In this document: piece after piece, positions 10,355-20,122 of the stretch
Layout: each line of letters begins with the position of its first letter
Numbering within the stretch: the stretch's first letter is position 1
Source of the DNA: a virus
IMG/VR virus record: IMGVR_UViG_3300027754_003435
DNA: 64,000 nt
Strand: one strand, 5' to 3'
Notes under the pieces: generated by a model
What the model saw: the letters and a program-made list of their open reading frames with translations, nothing else
Told to the model about the DNA's origin: nothing
Databases searched by the model: none
Translations under genes and position numbers: made by a program

Positions 10355-10858
10355 TTATACTGAAATTCCTTTATTCTTTAATTCAGAACAAACTAATCTC
10401 GATACTTTCTTCCAATAGTGTTTGGTAGCCCCTTTTTTGTGTCCATGTGGACCACCGTTCCACTTTCTCGCTAATATCTCCATTTCGGTCATCGTAATGG
10501 TTTCCCAGTTAAGTTTGGGATTGTAGAAATTCTGATAAATCCAAAACATTTGTTCAGACTTATCAGGATTTAACCTGTCTTGTAAAGCAAATTGTTTATG
10601 TATTCCCTTTGCTTTACAGATACGATTCACTTCCTTTACCATTATTGGTAAAATTTGAACTATTCCAAGTGAACCATCCTTTGATCGTGCGGTTGCATTG
10701 CCCTTAGACTCAACCCAAACGATAGATGAATATAACACATTCTTAACTATTGCTGACTTAATCTCAGCGTTTTTGTTTACTACAGAAGTCATAGTTACTA
10801 TAGGTAAACAAAAAATAATAAAGAACGATGTTATAACCCGTTTACATTTGTTAGTCAT
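10355..10858 (-). CDS. Lytic transglycosylase / lysozyme-fold muralytic enzyme with N-terminal TM
   Basis: VESKG (catalytic Glu), GSLGIVQI, ARKWNGGP and YWKKV motifs; hydrophobic N-terminal anchor. Confidence 0.75.
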   Translation of the reverse strand: MTNKCKRVITSFFIIFCLPIVTMTSVVNKNAEIKSAIVKNVLYSSIVWVESKGNATARSKDGSLGIVQILPIMVKEVNRICKAKGIHKQFALQDRLNPDKSEQMFWIYQNFYNPKLNWETITMTEMEILARKWNGGPHGHKKGATKHYWKKVSRLVCSELKNKGISV

Positions 10859-11030
10859 AATTTATGTCCTCATTTATGGATAATATATTTAACTGACCAT
10901 TTCGTTGAAGTCAACGTTATGGTTAAAACATATACCGACCATATTTTTCTATGTAAAAGAACGATGTACAAATATAAGCAAAAAGATAAATATTAACAAA
11001 TCAAATTTTTCCTAATAATTTTATCTCTAG

Positions 11031-11042
11031 TAGTATATACTA
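11031..11042. repeat. TAGTATATACTA palindrome, same core as in the 25.3-26.3 kb cluster
   Basis: Perfect 12-bp palindrome read directly from the sequence. Confidence 0.8.
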
Positions 11043-11158
11043 TATAATCTAGTATATAATATTAATATATAATAATTAACACTTTTCTCTGTGTTCACAC
11101 CTTTCCCGTGTTCACTGGCAATATACAAAAAAAATGAATACAAAACAAGAACTTTTTT

Positions 11159-11818
11159 TCACCAAGTCAAAATATTTGGATATTTTCTCATATTTTTTAC
11201 TGCTGACTGAACATAAAGATATTCAGAGTTCTGATAAAGGAAGGTAGAACCACCGCCATCACAATTAATTGCATCTTTACAACCAAGTTCCAATAATCGT
11301 TTCGGCATATCAACGATTCGTATGGAAGAGTTAATGTAGATAAAAACACTATCAGGGTGATGACTACCAAATACAGTTCTAGGACGTTTGGTGAGTGTAA
11401 ACTTGTTGTTTGGTATCTTTTGTGGTATACTATCCTTAACAATCAATGGTGTCCCCGTAACGATGTATTTTGACCATATAGCTGGTACATCAGTATAGCG
11501 ATTAAAGTGTAAATGTGGTTTCAAATTAGGAACGCCTAACTGATTTGAATAATCGATTGATACAAACGGCCATAGTAGTGGATTGTTTGGATTAAACCTA
11601 ACAGAATCTTTATACGGAGGAACAAAAGTTTTAGTTGTAAAAAAAGATAGGTTAATCATATTTTTTACTTTATATTTGTAAACAAACCAGGAAGGATGTT
11701 TTAATCCAGCGTTAGATAATAACCTAACCTTATTCAAAGGAAGTTTAATTATCCATTCTTTTGAATAAGCGGTACTAAGTGATAATATCACTAATAATAT
11801 TTTTATTATCTCTTTCAT
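11159..11818 (-). CDS. Secreted phosphodiester glycosidase (NAGPA) domain protein
   Basis: Signal peptide, RPRTVFG and AINCDGGGST motifs. Confidence 0.75.
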   Translation of the reverse strand: MKEIIKILLVILSLSTAYSKEWIIKLPLNKVRLLSNAGLKHPSWFVYKYKVKNMINLSFFTTKTFVPPYKDSVRFNPNNPLLWPFVSIDYSNQLGVPNLKPHLHFNRYTDVPAIWSKYIVTGTPLIVKDSIPQKIPNNKFTLTKRPRTVFGSHHPDSVFIYINSSIRIVDMPKRLLELGCKDAINCDGGGSTFLYQNSEYLYVQSAVKNMRKYPNILTW

Positions 11819-11922
11819 TTTTATAAGTATGATTCAAAAAAATAAAAATATTATTTGGAATAGATTGAACCATTTTGTATATTTGTACATGATTATTAAC
11901 AACAATTATTTAAGGATTATTT

Positions 11923-12132
11923 ATGGCTTACTACCTCGCTAAAGTACAGTTTGAAATTACTAGCGATAATGGTAAAGTGAGAAGAAATTCTCGCAGTTAC
12001 ATGGTGAATGCAGTATCTATTACTGATGCAGAAGTTCAACTAACCAAATACTTGTCAGCAAGTGTTGAACCGTTTGAAGTTAAAACTATTTCAGAATCAA
12101 AAATTGTGGATTACATCAATGAACAAGAATGA
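11923..12132 (+). CDS. DUF4494-like protein
   Basis: YYLAKVQF...SYMVNAVSITDAE...FEVKTISESKIVD pattern, typical of Bacteroidota DUF4494. Confidence 0.65.
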   Translation: MAYYLAKVQFEITSDNGKVRRNSRSYMVNAVSITDAEVQLTKYLSASVEPFEVKTISESKIVDYINEQE

Positions 12133-12538
12133 TTTCAAAAAAATGTTAAATGAGTTTGAAGAAGAATTTATTAAAGTGAACAATTCAGAAAACTTACAGC
12201 AGTTGAAAGAGAATTATATTAAATTAGAATTAGTACGTGAAAACATATTTGATTCTTTATTTGAGAAAGTTCAAGACACAGAAGAACGTGGAGAATTTCT
12301 AAAAATATTTTCCAAGTTTGAATATGAAATACCATATCAGATTCCTTTGTTTAGTGATGATGATATGGATCAGGTTGACCAATTGTTTGAAGATTACAAT
12401 GGTTACTTCCAAAGATTTGCATGCTTAAACGCTGAACAAATTATTTCATGGAGTGATACCGAAGTTCTTTTTGATGATGAGTTCGGCAACATTGATATAG
12501 TAACTCGACCCGATACTCTGGTGGGAAAAGCAGAATAA
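12119..12538 (+). CDS. Hypothetical acidic protein
   Basis: Likely start MNKNDF at 12119, coupled to the upstream stop. Confidence 0.65.
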   Translation: MNKNDFKKMLNEFEEEFIKVNNSENLQQLKENYIKLELVRENIFDSLFEKVQDTEERGEFLKIFSKFEYEIPYQIPLFSDDDMDQVDQLFEDYNGYFQRFACLNAEQIISWSDTEVLFDDEFGNIDIVTRPDTLVGKAE

Positions 12539-12550
12539 CCTTAATAAAAT

Positions 12551-12578
12551 AAAGTCCAACAGATTGTTGGACTTTTTT
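12551..12578 (+). terminator. Intrinsic terminator
   Basis: AAAGTCCAAC-AGATT-GTTGGACTTT followed by a T-run. Confidence 0.85.
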
Positions 12579-12643
12579 GTTTTTGGTTGTTATTAGAAAA
12601 AAACGTATATTTGTGTGTTAGGGATTTTCAAATGAAATAAAAA

Positions 12644-13060
12644 ATGGAGCTTAAAAATATGAGTACGAGTATGAAAAAATTAGCGTGTGAAGGAAACAAT
12701 CCATTAAGTAAATATTATCACACAGATCCATGCGATCAATACGTTAAAGTTGCTGATAACGTAGTTAAGGTTATTTGTTGGAAATGTACTTCCAAAGGAA
12801 TTCCAGCACCAACTAATGTAAACAAATCAAATGCAGCAAGTGGGTTTCTTCGTGGTTGGAAGTTTATGAAAGAATTTGTACATCAGAACGGAACTGTTTA
12901 TCATAAGGGAGTAGAGCAACCAAGTCTACGTGGTACACTTGAACCAACGCCATTCAAAACTTCTAAGTCACGTAAAGTAAAACCTACGTTGGATGATAAA
13001 ATTCAAGAAGAGTACAACAAGAAATTAAAAAATAAAAAATCTAAATCTAAAAAATCATAA
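12644..13060 (+). CDS. Hypothetical protein with Cys motif and basic tail
   Basis: C..CWKC motif; Bacteroidota-type promoter upstream. Confidence 0.65.
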   Translation: MELKNMSTSMKKLACEGNNPLSKYYHTDPCDQYVKVADNVVKVICWKCTSKGIPAPTNVNKSNAASGFLRGWKFMKEFVHQNGTVYHKGVEQPSLRGTLEPTPFKTSKSRKVKPTLDDKIQEEYNKKLKNKKSKSKKS

Positions 13061-13071
13061 GGGGTATTGTT

Positions 13072-13284
13072 ATGAACATCTGGCTAACGGTGAAAGAGTT
13101 ATCCACCGAACTCGAATGTTCCGAACAATATGTTCGGTACTTGATAGTAGGTAGAACCCGTAAATATGGTGATATAACCCGCAAGGAATCACCTAAGATA
13201 GACGAAAGATATATGAGAGTTATAAGGAATGGCAGACGGATTAAATACTTAATACACAGTTCTATATTGGAAAAATTAAAATGA
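13072..13284 (+). CDS. HTH (excisionase/MerR-like) DNA-binding protein
   Basis: WLTVKELSTELECSEQYVRYLI helix-turn-helix pattern. Confidence 0.65.
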   Translation: MNIWLTVKELSTELECSEQYVRYLIVGRTRKYGDITRKESPKIDERYMRVIRNGRRIKYLIHSSILEKLK

Positions 13285-13547
13285 AAAAGAAAATTCCAAC
13301 AAAGCGAAAAAATACAAACGGTATATATGAATATAACGTGTTTGATAATTTATGGGGTTCAAAACATTATCCAACTAACTATGAATTTGCAGTAGTTTCG
13401 TATGAAGGCGGTTCAGATGAACCATACGTATTTGCAATGGAAAATACTATGGATGCTGCAGAAAAAAGAAAAACATATTGGACTAAACAAAGTTTCATTA
13501 ACTACAACATAGAAATCGTTCCAATAGAAGATATTACACAAATATAA
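13281..13547 (+). CDS. Hypothetical protein
   Basis: ORF track; ATGA overlap with the upstream gene. Confidence 0.6.
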   Translation: MKKKIPTKRKNTNGIYEYNVFDNLWGSKHYPTNYEFAVVSYEGGSDEPYVFAMENTMDAAEKRKTYWTKQSFINYNIEIVPIEDITQI

Positions 13548-13554
13548 TTTTTAC

Positions 13555-13608
13555 TTTGTTATATCAAATCAATTAGCTATCTTTGTATGTAAGATTAACA
13601 ACAACCAA
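13555..13608 (+). promoter_or_regulatory. Host-type early promoter plus conserved leader
   Basis: TTTG(13555)-19 nt-TATCTTTG(13578), then TATGTAAGATTAACAACAACCAA. Confidence 0.8.
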
Positions 13609-13624
13609 TTAAAGGAAACAAGTT

Positions 13625-13951
13625 ATGAAAAAATACATTTCAACTAAAACAGAGTACATTAGTACAGACGGATGGAGAGGTTATGTACAACCAATAAATG
13701 CAGTAGCCGGTGCAAATGATACTGGTACATGGGATGATTCACCATGCAATTCTAATGTATGTGAAAAAGAAATCAAAGAATATCGTTCTATACTCCGCAA
13801 GAATAAAATACAAAGTCGTACAATGTCTTGTCAAACTTCAAACGTATTTTGTGTACATACCTATGTTTTGGTTCATCCAGATGATAGAGCTAAAGCGTTA
13901 GAACTTGCTAAGGAACATCATCCAAATACTAAATTATTCTACGCCGTATAA
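13625..13951 (+). CDS. Early hypothetical protein
   Basis: ORF track; has its own promoter and leader. Confidence 0.7.
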   Translation: MKKYISTKTEYISTDGWRGYVQPINAVAGANDTGTWDDSPCNSNVCEKEIKEYRSILRKNKIQSRTMSCQTSNVFCVHTYVLVHPDDRAKALELAKEHHPNTKLFYAV

Positions 13952-13956
13952 AAACA

Positions 13957-14011
13957 TTTGGAATTATCAGATAGTTTCACTAGCTTTGTATGTAAGATTA
14001 AGAACAACCAA
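13957..14011 (+). promoter_or_regulatory. Host-type early promoter plus conserved leader
   Basis: TTTG(13957)-20 nt-TAGCTTTG(13981), then TATGTAAGATTAAGAACAACCAA. Confidence 0.8.
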
Positions 14012-14024
14012 CAAGGATACGGAC

Positions 14025-14255
14025 ATGACGTTAGATAATTTATTGAGAGGAAAAAATTCTGGTGTTTTCAAGAATAATAATGGCGAATATTGTCAAATTA
14101 TTAGATATTATGTTGGTAATAACAAAAAGTTTCAAATAATCTTTTCTAAAAGTTTGACTGATATTGCAAAACGTAATGCTATTATCACAACTTCTGAAAA
14201 AAGGGTATTAAAGCTAATTAAAAACGAAGAGTTTATTTTGGAAGAAATAAAATAA
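14025..14255 (+). CDS. Early hypothetical protein
   Basis: Likely start MTLDNLL at 14025, after the leader. Confidence 0.65.
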   Translation: MTLDNLLRGKNSGVFKNNNGEYCQIIRYYVGNNKKFQIIFSKSLTDIAKRNAIITTSEKRVLKLIKNEEFILEEIK

Positions 14256-14258
14256 TAC

Positions 14259-14312
14259 TTTGGTATTTCTAATAAATACACTAGCTTTGTATGTAAGATT
14301 AACAACAACCAA
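14259..14312 (+). promoter_or_regulatory. Host-type early promoter plus conserved leader
   Basis: TTTG(14259)-19 nt-TAGCTTTG(14282), then TATGTAAGATTAACAACAACCAA. Confidence 0.8.
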
Positions 14313-14344
14313 TTAAACAACCAACAAATTAGGAAAAAATAATT

Positions 14345-15256
14345 ATGAATACGATTCAACAAACAATTGAAAATGCTCCATCATTTCGTCCAGAAAATCT
14401 GATTATATCAGATGTTAAATGGAAATATTTAGTACGTTCCGTGTTACGTGGCAACAACCTTATGATTACGGGACCTGCTGGCTGTGGTAAAACACTTGCA
14501 GTTTCAACTGTTGCTAAAGCTATGGCAAGACCGTTCTTTTACTTCAACTTAGGTGCTACACAAGATCCGCGTTCTTCTCTTATCGGTAATACACACTTTA
14601 ACAAAGATACTGGTACTTACTTCGCTGATTCTACTTTTGTTCGTGCTATTCAAACAGAAGGTGCGGTAATTTTATTAGATGAGCTTTCAAGAGCGCATCC
14701 TGAAGCAAGTAACATTCTTATGACTGTGTTGGACGAAACACAACGTTACCTACGAGTTGATGAGTCACCGTCATCACCAGTAGTAGAAGTTGCAAAAGGT
14801 GTTTCATTCCTTGCTACCGCTAACATCGGTGTTGAATATACAGGTACGAGAGAAATGGACAGAGCATTGAAAGATAGATTTATGATTTTAGAAATGGACG
14901 TTCTTACTAAAGAACAACAAGCATTCCTTATTAAACAAGTTTGTCCAAGCCTATCGGAATCAGTTATCACTATTCTAACTGGCATCTATAATCAAATTCA
15001 AAATGAAGTTGAGTCTGGCTCTGGTAAAATTTCAACTGGCATTTCAACACGAACCATACTTGCGGCATCTTCATTGATTTGTGATGGATTTTCTATAAAA
15101 GATTCAATAGAAGTTTGTGTGTTTCCTTACTTCTCAAATGATGGCGGTTTAGATTCTGAAAGAACATATGTTCGCCAAATTGTTCAAAAGTTTATTCCAG
15201 ATGAGCATTTGAAAGATGATAATATGTTCAATGAGAAGGACGCAGTAAACTTCTAA
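14345..15256 (+). CDS. MoxR/CbbQ/NorQ-family AAA+ ATPase
   Basis: Walker A GPAGCGKT, Walker B ILLDELSRA, ATAN and DRALKDRF motifs. Confidence 0.9.
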   Translation: MNTIQQTIENAPSFRPENLIISDVKWKYLVRSVLRGNNLMITGPAGCGKTLAVSTVAKAMARPFFYFNLGATQDPRSSLIGNTHFNKDTGTYFADSTFVRAIQTEGAVILLDELSRAHPEASNILMTVLDETQRYLRVDESPSSPVVEVAKGVSFLATANIGVEYTGTREMDRALKDRFMILEMDVLTKEQQAFLIKQVCPSLSESVITILTGIYNQIQNEVESGSGKISTGISTRTILAASSLICDGFSIKDSIEVCVFPYFSNDGGLDSERTYVRQIVQKFIPDEHLKDDNMFNEKDAVNF

Positions 15257-15322
15257 TGACTAATACAAGGGGCTAACAGCCCCTTTTCTTTTTTAATTAT
15301 GGCAAATTCGCCACAATTAAAT

Positions 15323-15370
15323 TTTGGTTGTTATCAGAAAAAAACGTATATTTGTATGTAAGATTAACAC
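15323..15370 (+). promoter_or_regulatory. Host-type early promoter plus degenerate leader
   Basis: TTTG(15323)-20 nt-TATATTTG(15347), then TATGTAAGATTAAC. Confidence 0.75.
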
Positions 15371-15390
15371 ACACTCAAACGGAAATAGAT

Positions 15391-17499
15391 ATGAAGAAGA
15401 AATCAACAAAAAGTATTTTGAAATCGGCCATTGCTCGTACTTCAAAGTTTTGGGATACACAATCAACCAAAACTGACAAGTCAAACTATTGGTTACGTGG
15501 TTCTCTTTTTGATAAAAAAGAATCTATGTTTAAAGATACAACAGAAAAGGAATCAAGGTTTGACCATTTTGCTTTGGCACAATATCAACGTGCTATTACA
15601 AACTTCGTTCATATTATGACCGGTAATAAAGATATAGCAGTTAAGTATATTACAAATGGTAACAGCTATACTAATGGTAAAACTATAACTCTGTCTGCTT
15701 CTATTAAAGAGAAAGATTTTGATTCTAATGTTGGTTTAGCTTTACATGAAGCAAGTCATATTATTTATACCGATTTCAGTTTAGCAAAAGAAAGTATTTG
15801 GGGATTATATTCATTTTTAGAGAATACCGATAAACTTACTTCTGATGAAAAAATCAAGTCAATTGCTGCAGTTGGTACAAGAGAAAATTTCAAAACTATT
15901 ATTAATATAGTTGAGGATTTATTTATTGACGCAATGAGTTATGCAGCAGCACCTGGTTATCGTTCTTATTACCAAGCACTATATCATAAATTTTTCGGTG
16001 ATGAAAAAATCATCAAGGGTATGCGTAATAAAAAGTATATGGAAGTAAACTTTGAAAATTACATATTTCATTTATGTAATGTGCGTAATCCAGAAAGAAA
16101 TCTTAAAGCACTTCCAGATTTAGAAGTGATTTGGAATAAATTAGATTTGAGTAACATTCGTAGATTAACTACACAACAAGACAGAATAAATCTAAGTACC
16201 GATATTTTAATTACTATTCTTAAAAATGTTTTGAATAGTGAAAACCAAACTAATTCAAACAATACAAATCAAGAACAGCAATCTGAAGGTAATGAATCTG
16301 AAGGTAGTGAAGGTAATGAATCTGAAGGTAGTGAAGGTAATGAATCTGAAGGTAGTGAAGGTAATGAGTCCGAAGGTAGTGGTTCAGAAAACGATAATAG
16401 TGAATATACATTAACTGAAAAGCAAATAACCCAACTTGAAAAAATATTTGAAAAGCAACAAAATTTTATTAACGATGATGCTCAAAAAACAAAATTAACA
16501 AAAGAAGCTTCACTTCAAGTTGAAGCACTTTCTTCATTGGACATTACAGAAGTTATGACCGCTAAACACTTGAATAATGAATCTTCTACGTTCAAGGGTG
16601 TTAAAACACTTGTTATAAATAATGTTACTGAAAAGTTTATGAAATCAGATATTGCTCGTGGATTTGGTTTGTCTATGCATTCATGGTCTGCTCGAGGTGA
16701 AAGTTTAGAGCACGCTATTTCTCTCGGTAAAGTTCTTGCAAAAAGGCTCCAAGTTAGAAATGAAGAGCGTTCATTAGCTTCTAAAAGATTAAAATCTGGT
16801 AAGATTGATAATCGTATGTTGCACGAAATTGGCTTTGATAATTACGATATTTTCAAGAAAGTAAATGTAAGTCAATACAAACCATCTTATATTCACATTT
16901 CAATTGACCAATCGGGTTCAATGTCAGGTGACAGATTTGAAGAGTCCGTAAAGTTTGCAACTATGTTTGCGGTTGCTTCTAAATCTATTAAAAATCTTCA
17001 TGTTGTTGTAACCGCTCGTTCAACGTTTCATAGTGGTGGTAATAATAAATTAAAAGATACGCCTTATATTGTTTACTTATTCGATTCTAAAAAACATAAC
17101 ATTAATGATATTAGAAGAGTGTTTAACTATATAAAAACATCAAACTTAACACCAGAAGGACTTACATTTGAAGCGATTCAAAACGAAGTGATGAAAAGTT
17201 CAGTAAATACAGATGCTTACTTCATTAACTTATGCGACGGAGAACCTTGTGCTGAATATAATGGTTTTAAATACAGAGGCGATGAAGCTAAAGAACACTC
17301 ACGTAAACAAGTGGATAAAATGAAACAACGTGGTGTTAACATTATGAATTACTTCTTTGGTGGTCAATATGAGTATAGTAAGTTCTTAAAAACTTATCCT
17401 AAAAATTCATATATGTTAAAGAATGCAGAAGAGGTTAATTCAATAGTTAAGATTATGAATCGTGAACTTTTGAGTGGAGCAAGTAAGCAGAATGATTAA
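15391..17499 (+). CDS. vWA-domain partner of the AAA+ ATPase (CobT-like) with HEXXH motif
   Basis: LHEASH, IVED, acidic low-complexity linker, MIDAS IDQSGSM and LCDGEP; start placed at ATG 15391. Confidence 0.85.
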   Translation: MKKKSTKSILKSAIARTSKFWDTQSTKTDKSNYWLRGSLFDKKESMFKDTTEKESRFDHFALAQYQRAITNFVHIMTGNKDIAVKYITNGNSYTNGKTITLSASIKEKDFDSNVGLALHEASHIIYTDFSLAKESIWGLYSFLENTDKLTSDEKIKSIAAVGTRENFKTIINIVEDLFIDAMSYAAAPGYRSYYQALYHKFFGDEKIIKGMRNKKYMEVNFENYIFHLCNVRNPERNLKALPDLEVIWNKLDLSNIRRLTTQQDRINLSTDILITILKNVLNSENQTNSNNTNQEQQSEGNESEGSEGNESEGSEGNESEGSEGNESEGSGSENDNSEYTLTEKQITQLEKIFEKQQNFINDDAQKTKLTKEASLQVEALSSLDITEVMTAKHLNNESSTFKGVKTLVINNVTEKFMKSDIARGFGLSMHSWSARGESLEHAISLGKVLAKRLQVRNEERSLASKRLKSGKIDNRMLHEIGFDNYDIFKKVNVSQYKPSYIHISIDQSGSMSGDRFEESVKFATMFAVASKSIKNLHVVVTARSTFHSGGNNKLKDTPYIVYLFDSKKHNINDIRRVFNYIKTSNLTPEGLTFEAIQNEVMKSSVNTDAYFINLCDGEPCAEYNGFKYRGDEAKEHSRKQVDKMKQRGVNIMNYFFGGQYEYSKFLKTYPKNSYMLKNAEEVNSIVKIMNRELLSGASKQND
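16285..16380 (+). repeat. 4 x 24-bp tandem repeat encoding EGNESEGS
   Basis: GAAGGTAATGAATCTGAAGGTAGT four times; the last unit carries synonymous changes. Confidence 0.95.
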
Positions 17500-17977
17500 A
17501 ACCAAAAGACTTAGAAGTTTAGATAGAAAACCACCGATGCAAAAATCATCGGTGGCAACGATAAACATATCGAAAAAAAAAACTACAAATAAAGAAATTG
17601 ACATAATTATAAATCAAACATATAACTGGTGTGTAAAAAATTTAGGTATAAGTCCACACAAAGATTTACCTATGGTTTCTTGGGATTGGAAATCGTTCGG
17701 ACACGCTGACCTTGAGAAGCAGTTTATAGCAATGTATGATGCTTCGGTAAACGAAATTAGTATAAAAATAACAGGTCATCGTACATTAAAAAATCTTGTA
17801 AGAACATTTATACATGAATATGTACATTACTTACAGCCGGAACAAGGTGGTTGGTATGATCGTTATGATAAAAAATATGGTTACGATAATAACCCATATG
17901 AAATAGAAGCGTATTACATATCAGATTTATATGTAAACGATGCCGTTAGTTTTGTTGTAAAAAAAATAAAATTATAA
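17492..17977 (+). CDS. Zincin-like metallopeptidase
   Basis: FIHEYVHYLQ and NPYEIEAY motifs. Confidence 0.7.
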   Translation: MIKTKRLRSLDRKPPMQKSSVATINISKKKTTNKEIDIIINQTYNWCVKNLGISPHKDLPMVSWDWKSFGHADLEKQFIAMYDASVNEISIKITGHRTLKNLVRTFIHEYVHYLQPEQGGWYDRYDKKYGYDNNPYEIEAYYISDLYVNDAVSFVVKKIKL

Positions 17978-17982
17978 ATATT

Positions 17983-18054
17983 GGTCCCATCGACTAACGG
18001 TTAGGTCACTACCCTTTCAAGGTAGCTGCACGGGTTCAAATCCCGTTGGGACTA
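17983..18054 (+). tRNA. trnE: tRNA-Glu (TTC)
   Basis: Acceptor GGTCCCA/TGGGACT, anticodon stem CTACC/GGTAG with loop CTTTCAA, T-loop GGTTCAAATCC; CCA is not encoded. Confidence 0.95.
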
Positions 18055-18089
18055 CACAATTTTATTCACAATAATATATTAAATGTTTT

Positions 18090-18677
18090 ATGGAAAAGCT
18101 AAACTTAAAAACTGTTGAAAATTTTTTAACTATTCAAGAATGTAAAGAAGTAATTGATTATTGTATTCCATTTATGAATAATTCATCGATATTGGACTAT
18201 GATAATATAGAATCTAATGATTTATTTAGAAAATCATATGACACTTGGATTAATAAAGACATCGATATTCCTATATTTAATAAAATAAGAAATGGAATAG
18301 CAAAACATTCTGGTTTGCCAGAAAGTAATCAAGAATCATTATCGGTTATACAGTATCCAGTTGGTGGTATATTCAAAGATCATTATGACTATTTACACCC
18401 AAATACTTCCTATTATGAAACTGAGTGTAATCCAAGAGGCGGTCAGCGGATTAAAACCTGTATGATTTATTTAAACGATGATTTTGTTGGTGGTAATACT
18501 GAATTCACAACTATTGATGTTTCAATAACACCCAAAACTGGTAAATTAATATGTTGGAACAATGCGGATGAAAACCTTGATTTAATCGACGAATCTAAAC
18601 ACAGAGGAAATGTAGTAGAAGCGGGTAATAAATGGATTTTAGTTGCATGGATTAGAGCAAACACATTTATATTATAA
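18090..18677 (+). CDS. Prolyl 4-hydroxylase-like 2OG-Fe(II) oxygenase
   Basis: HYD motif, RIKTCMIYLND, GGNTEF, H..NVVEAGNKW. Confidence 0.85.
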   Translation: MEKLNLKTVENFLTIQECKEVIDYCIPFMNNSSILDYDNIESNDLFRKSYDTWINKDIDIPIFNKIRNGIAKHSGLPESNQESLSVIQYPVGGIFKDHYDYLHPNTSYYETECNPRGGQRIKTCMIYLNDDFVGGNTEFTTIDVSITPKTGKLICWNNADENLDLIDESKHRGNVVEAGNKWILVAWIRANTFIL

Positions 18678-18691
18678 ACAGGAGAGTTTTG

Positions 18692-18847
18692 ATGTACTAT
18701 ATAACAAAAGAATATTTAGAGCGTATGATTATAGTAGCCAAGGAAGTATTGACAGAAAATCCCAATGATACATGGGTTGAAAAGGGATTGCGGGAAATGG
18801 AAAGGGAAGTTAGAAGAATGGATGAAGAGAAGATAATTATTAAATAA
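18692..18847 (+). CDS. Small hypothetical protein (51 aa)
   Basis: Manual ORF MYYITKEYLERM...EEKIIIK with an AGGAG RBS; below the ORF-track size cut-off. Confidence 0.55.
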   Translation: MYYITKEYLERMIIVAKEVLTENPNDTWVEKGLREMEREVRRMDEEKIIIK

Positions 18848-18901
18848 TAATTCTTTTATATTTATATTGGATTAACTATTTTTGAAGTAATAGAGAATAA
18901 A

Positions 18902-19369
18902 ATGAAAGATATGAAAAAAATGAAAGACCTTGTTAGTGAAGGTAGAGAAATGCAAAACAAATTAACAAAGTTGATTAATGGGAAGTTAAATGAAGGTAAT
19001 ACAAACCAAGTAAACGAACGTGGTCAATACGCTTGGGGTATGGTTAAACCAGACTTAGACAGAACAAGTGGTTTGGTATACGCAGCAGACATTTCGTTTA
19101 CATTAGAAGATATATTTGAATTGTATGACGCTTATACAAAAACTGTTAGAATGTTATCAGCGTTTGCTTCACATCATCAGGGTTCAATACACATTAATCC
19201 AATAATTGAAATTGATATTCCAAATGAAACAACAGCACACCAATTTACTGGTTCAGAAATTAAAGCTCTCTATCAATTTGCAATGGCAAATAAAGATGCA
19301 ATAGTATCACGTCATGGAACAAGAACCATGAGTCAACCACAATCGCAAGCACCATTTGGGATGCGTTAA
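18902..19369 (+). CDS. Hypothetical protein with tag-like N-terminus
   Basis: MKKMKDLVSE...KLNE...QVNE; preceded by ATATTTAT at 18858. Confidence 0.65.
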   Translation: MKDMKKMKDLVSEGREMQNKLTKLINGKLNEGNTNQVNERGQYAWGMVKPDLDRTSGLVYAADISFTLEDIFELYDAYTKTVRMLSAFASHHQGSIHINPIIEIDIPNETTAHQFTGSEIKALYQFAMANKDAIVSRHGTRTMSQPQSQAPFGMR

Positions 19370-19476
19370 TTTACTAACTAACAATTAGTGAAATACACAA
19401 TCACCAAAAAATTATTTTGGTGATTTTTTTTTATCTTTGATATTATGTTATAAATCCTTATATTTGTAGGAGTTAA

Positions 19477-19827
19477 ATGAGAATGAGATGGTTCATAAAT
19501 TCAATTAAGAATGATGACTTTGAGGAGTTACCTATTGTGTTAGATAGATTAAAAAAATGGATATTAAGACCAACCGGTTTATTTATTGGTGATATAATTC
19601 ACATGCCAATTCAAAGTGGTTTTAATAGAAGAAAAATAACTAAAAAGTTTTACAATTGGAAAGAAGGTGTTTGGTTTGTTTCATTAGATGATAATGGCAC
19701 ACCAATGGACATTCCGTATGAATATGCAATAGAAATTAGACAGCTTTATTATACACGTAAGATTACTGAAACCATCGGTACGTATATCAATAATATGAAT
19801 GATAAATTAAATAATTTAAAGGATTGA
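19477..19827 (+). CDS. Hypothetical protein
   Basis: ORF track; TATATTTG promoter directly upstream. Confidence 0.6.
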   Translation: MRMRWFINSIKNDDFEELPIVLDRLKKWILRPTGLFIGDIIHMPIQSGFNRRKITKKFYNWKEGVWFVSLDDNGTPMDIPYEYAIEIRQLYYTRKITETIGTYINNMNDKLNNLKD

Positions 19828-20120
19828 GTATGAGAAAAGATTTAACTAACAAGCTCGATGAAGTAACTGATGCTATTTATTGGGATGGTTATGCGGACGG
19901 TATTGCTGAGTATAAAGAACTAGTTATAAGTTACATGGAAGAAATTGAATCTAACAGTAATCGTTCAATGTTTGACGCTTTAGAGTGGGAATTGATTGAT
20001 ATGTATGATATTCCAACGGAATTAAATGCTAAACCTGTAGAAATAGAAAAAATTGAATTTGTAGGTAGTACAAGTGTGTTTGAAAAACTATTAAATATAT
20101 TCGGTAGTAAAGGAATGTAG
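19824..20120 (+). CDS. Hypothetical acidic protein
   Basis: ORF track; overlaps the upstream stop. Confidence 0.6.
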   Translation: MSMRKDLTNKLDEVTDAIYWDGYADGIAEYKELVISYMEEIESNSNRSMFDALEWELIDMYDIPTELNAKPVEIEKIEFVGSTSVFEKLLNIFGSKGM

Positions 20121-20122
20121 TT

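Noticed and set aside
13582-14312. Three leader repeats about 300-400 bp apart as a CRISPR or integron array
   Set aside because: Each copy overlaps a promoter -7 box and heads a normal gene; orientation follows the gene strand, and no attC-like palindrome or integrase is seen.
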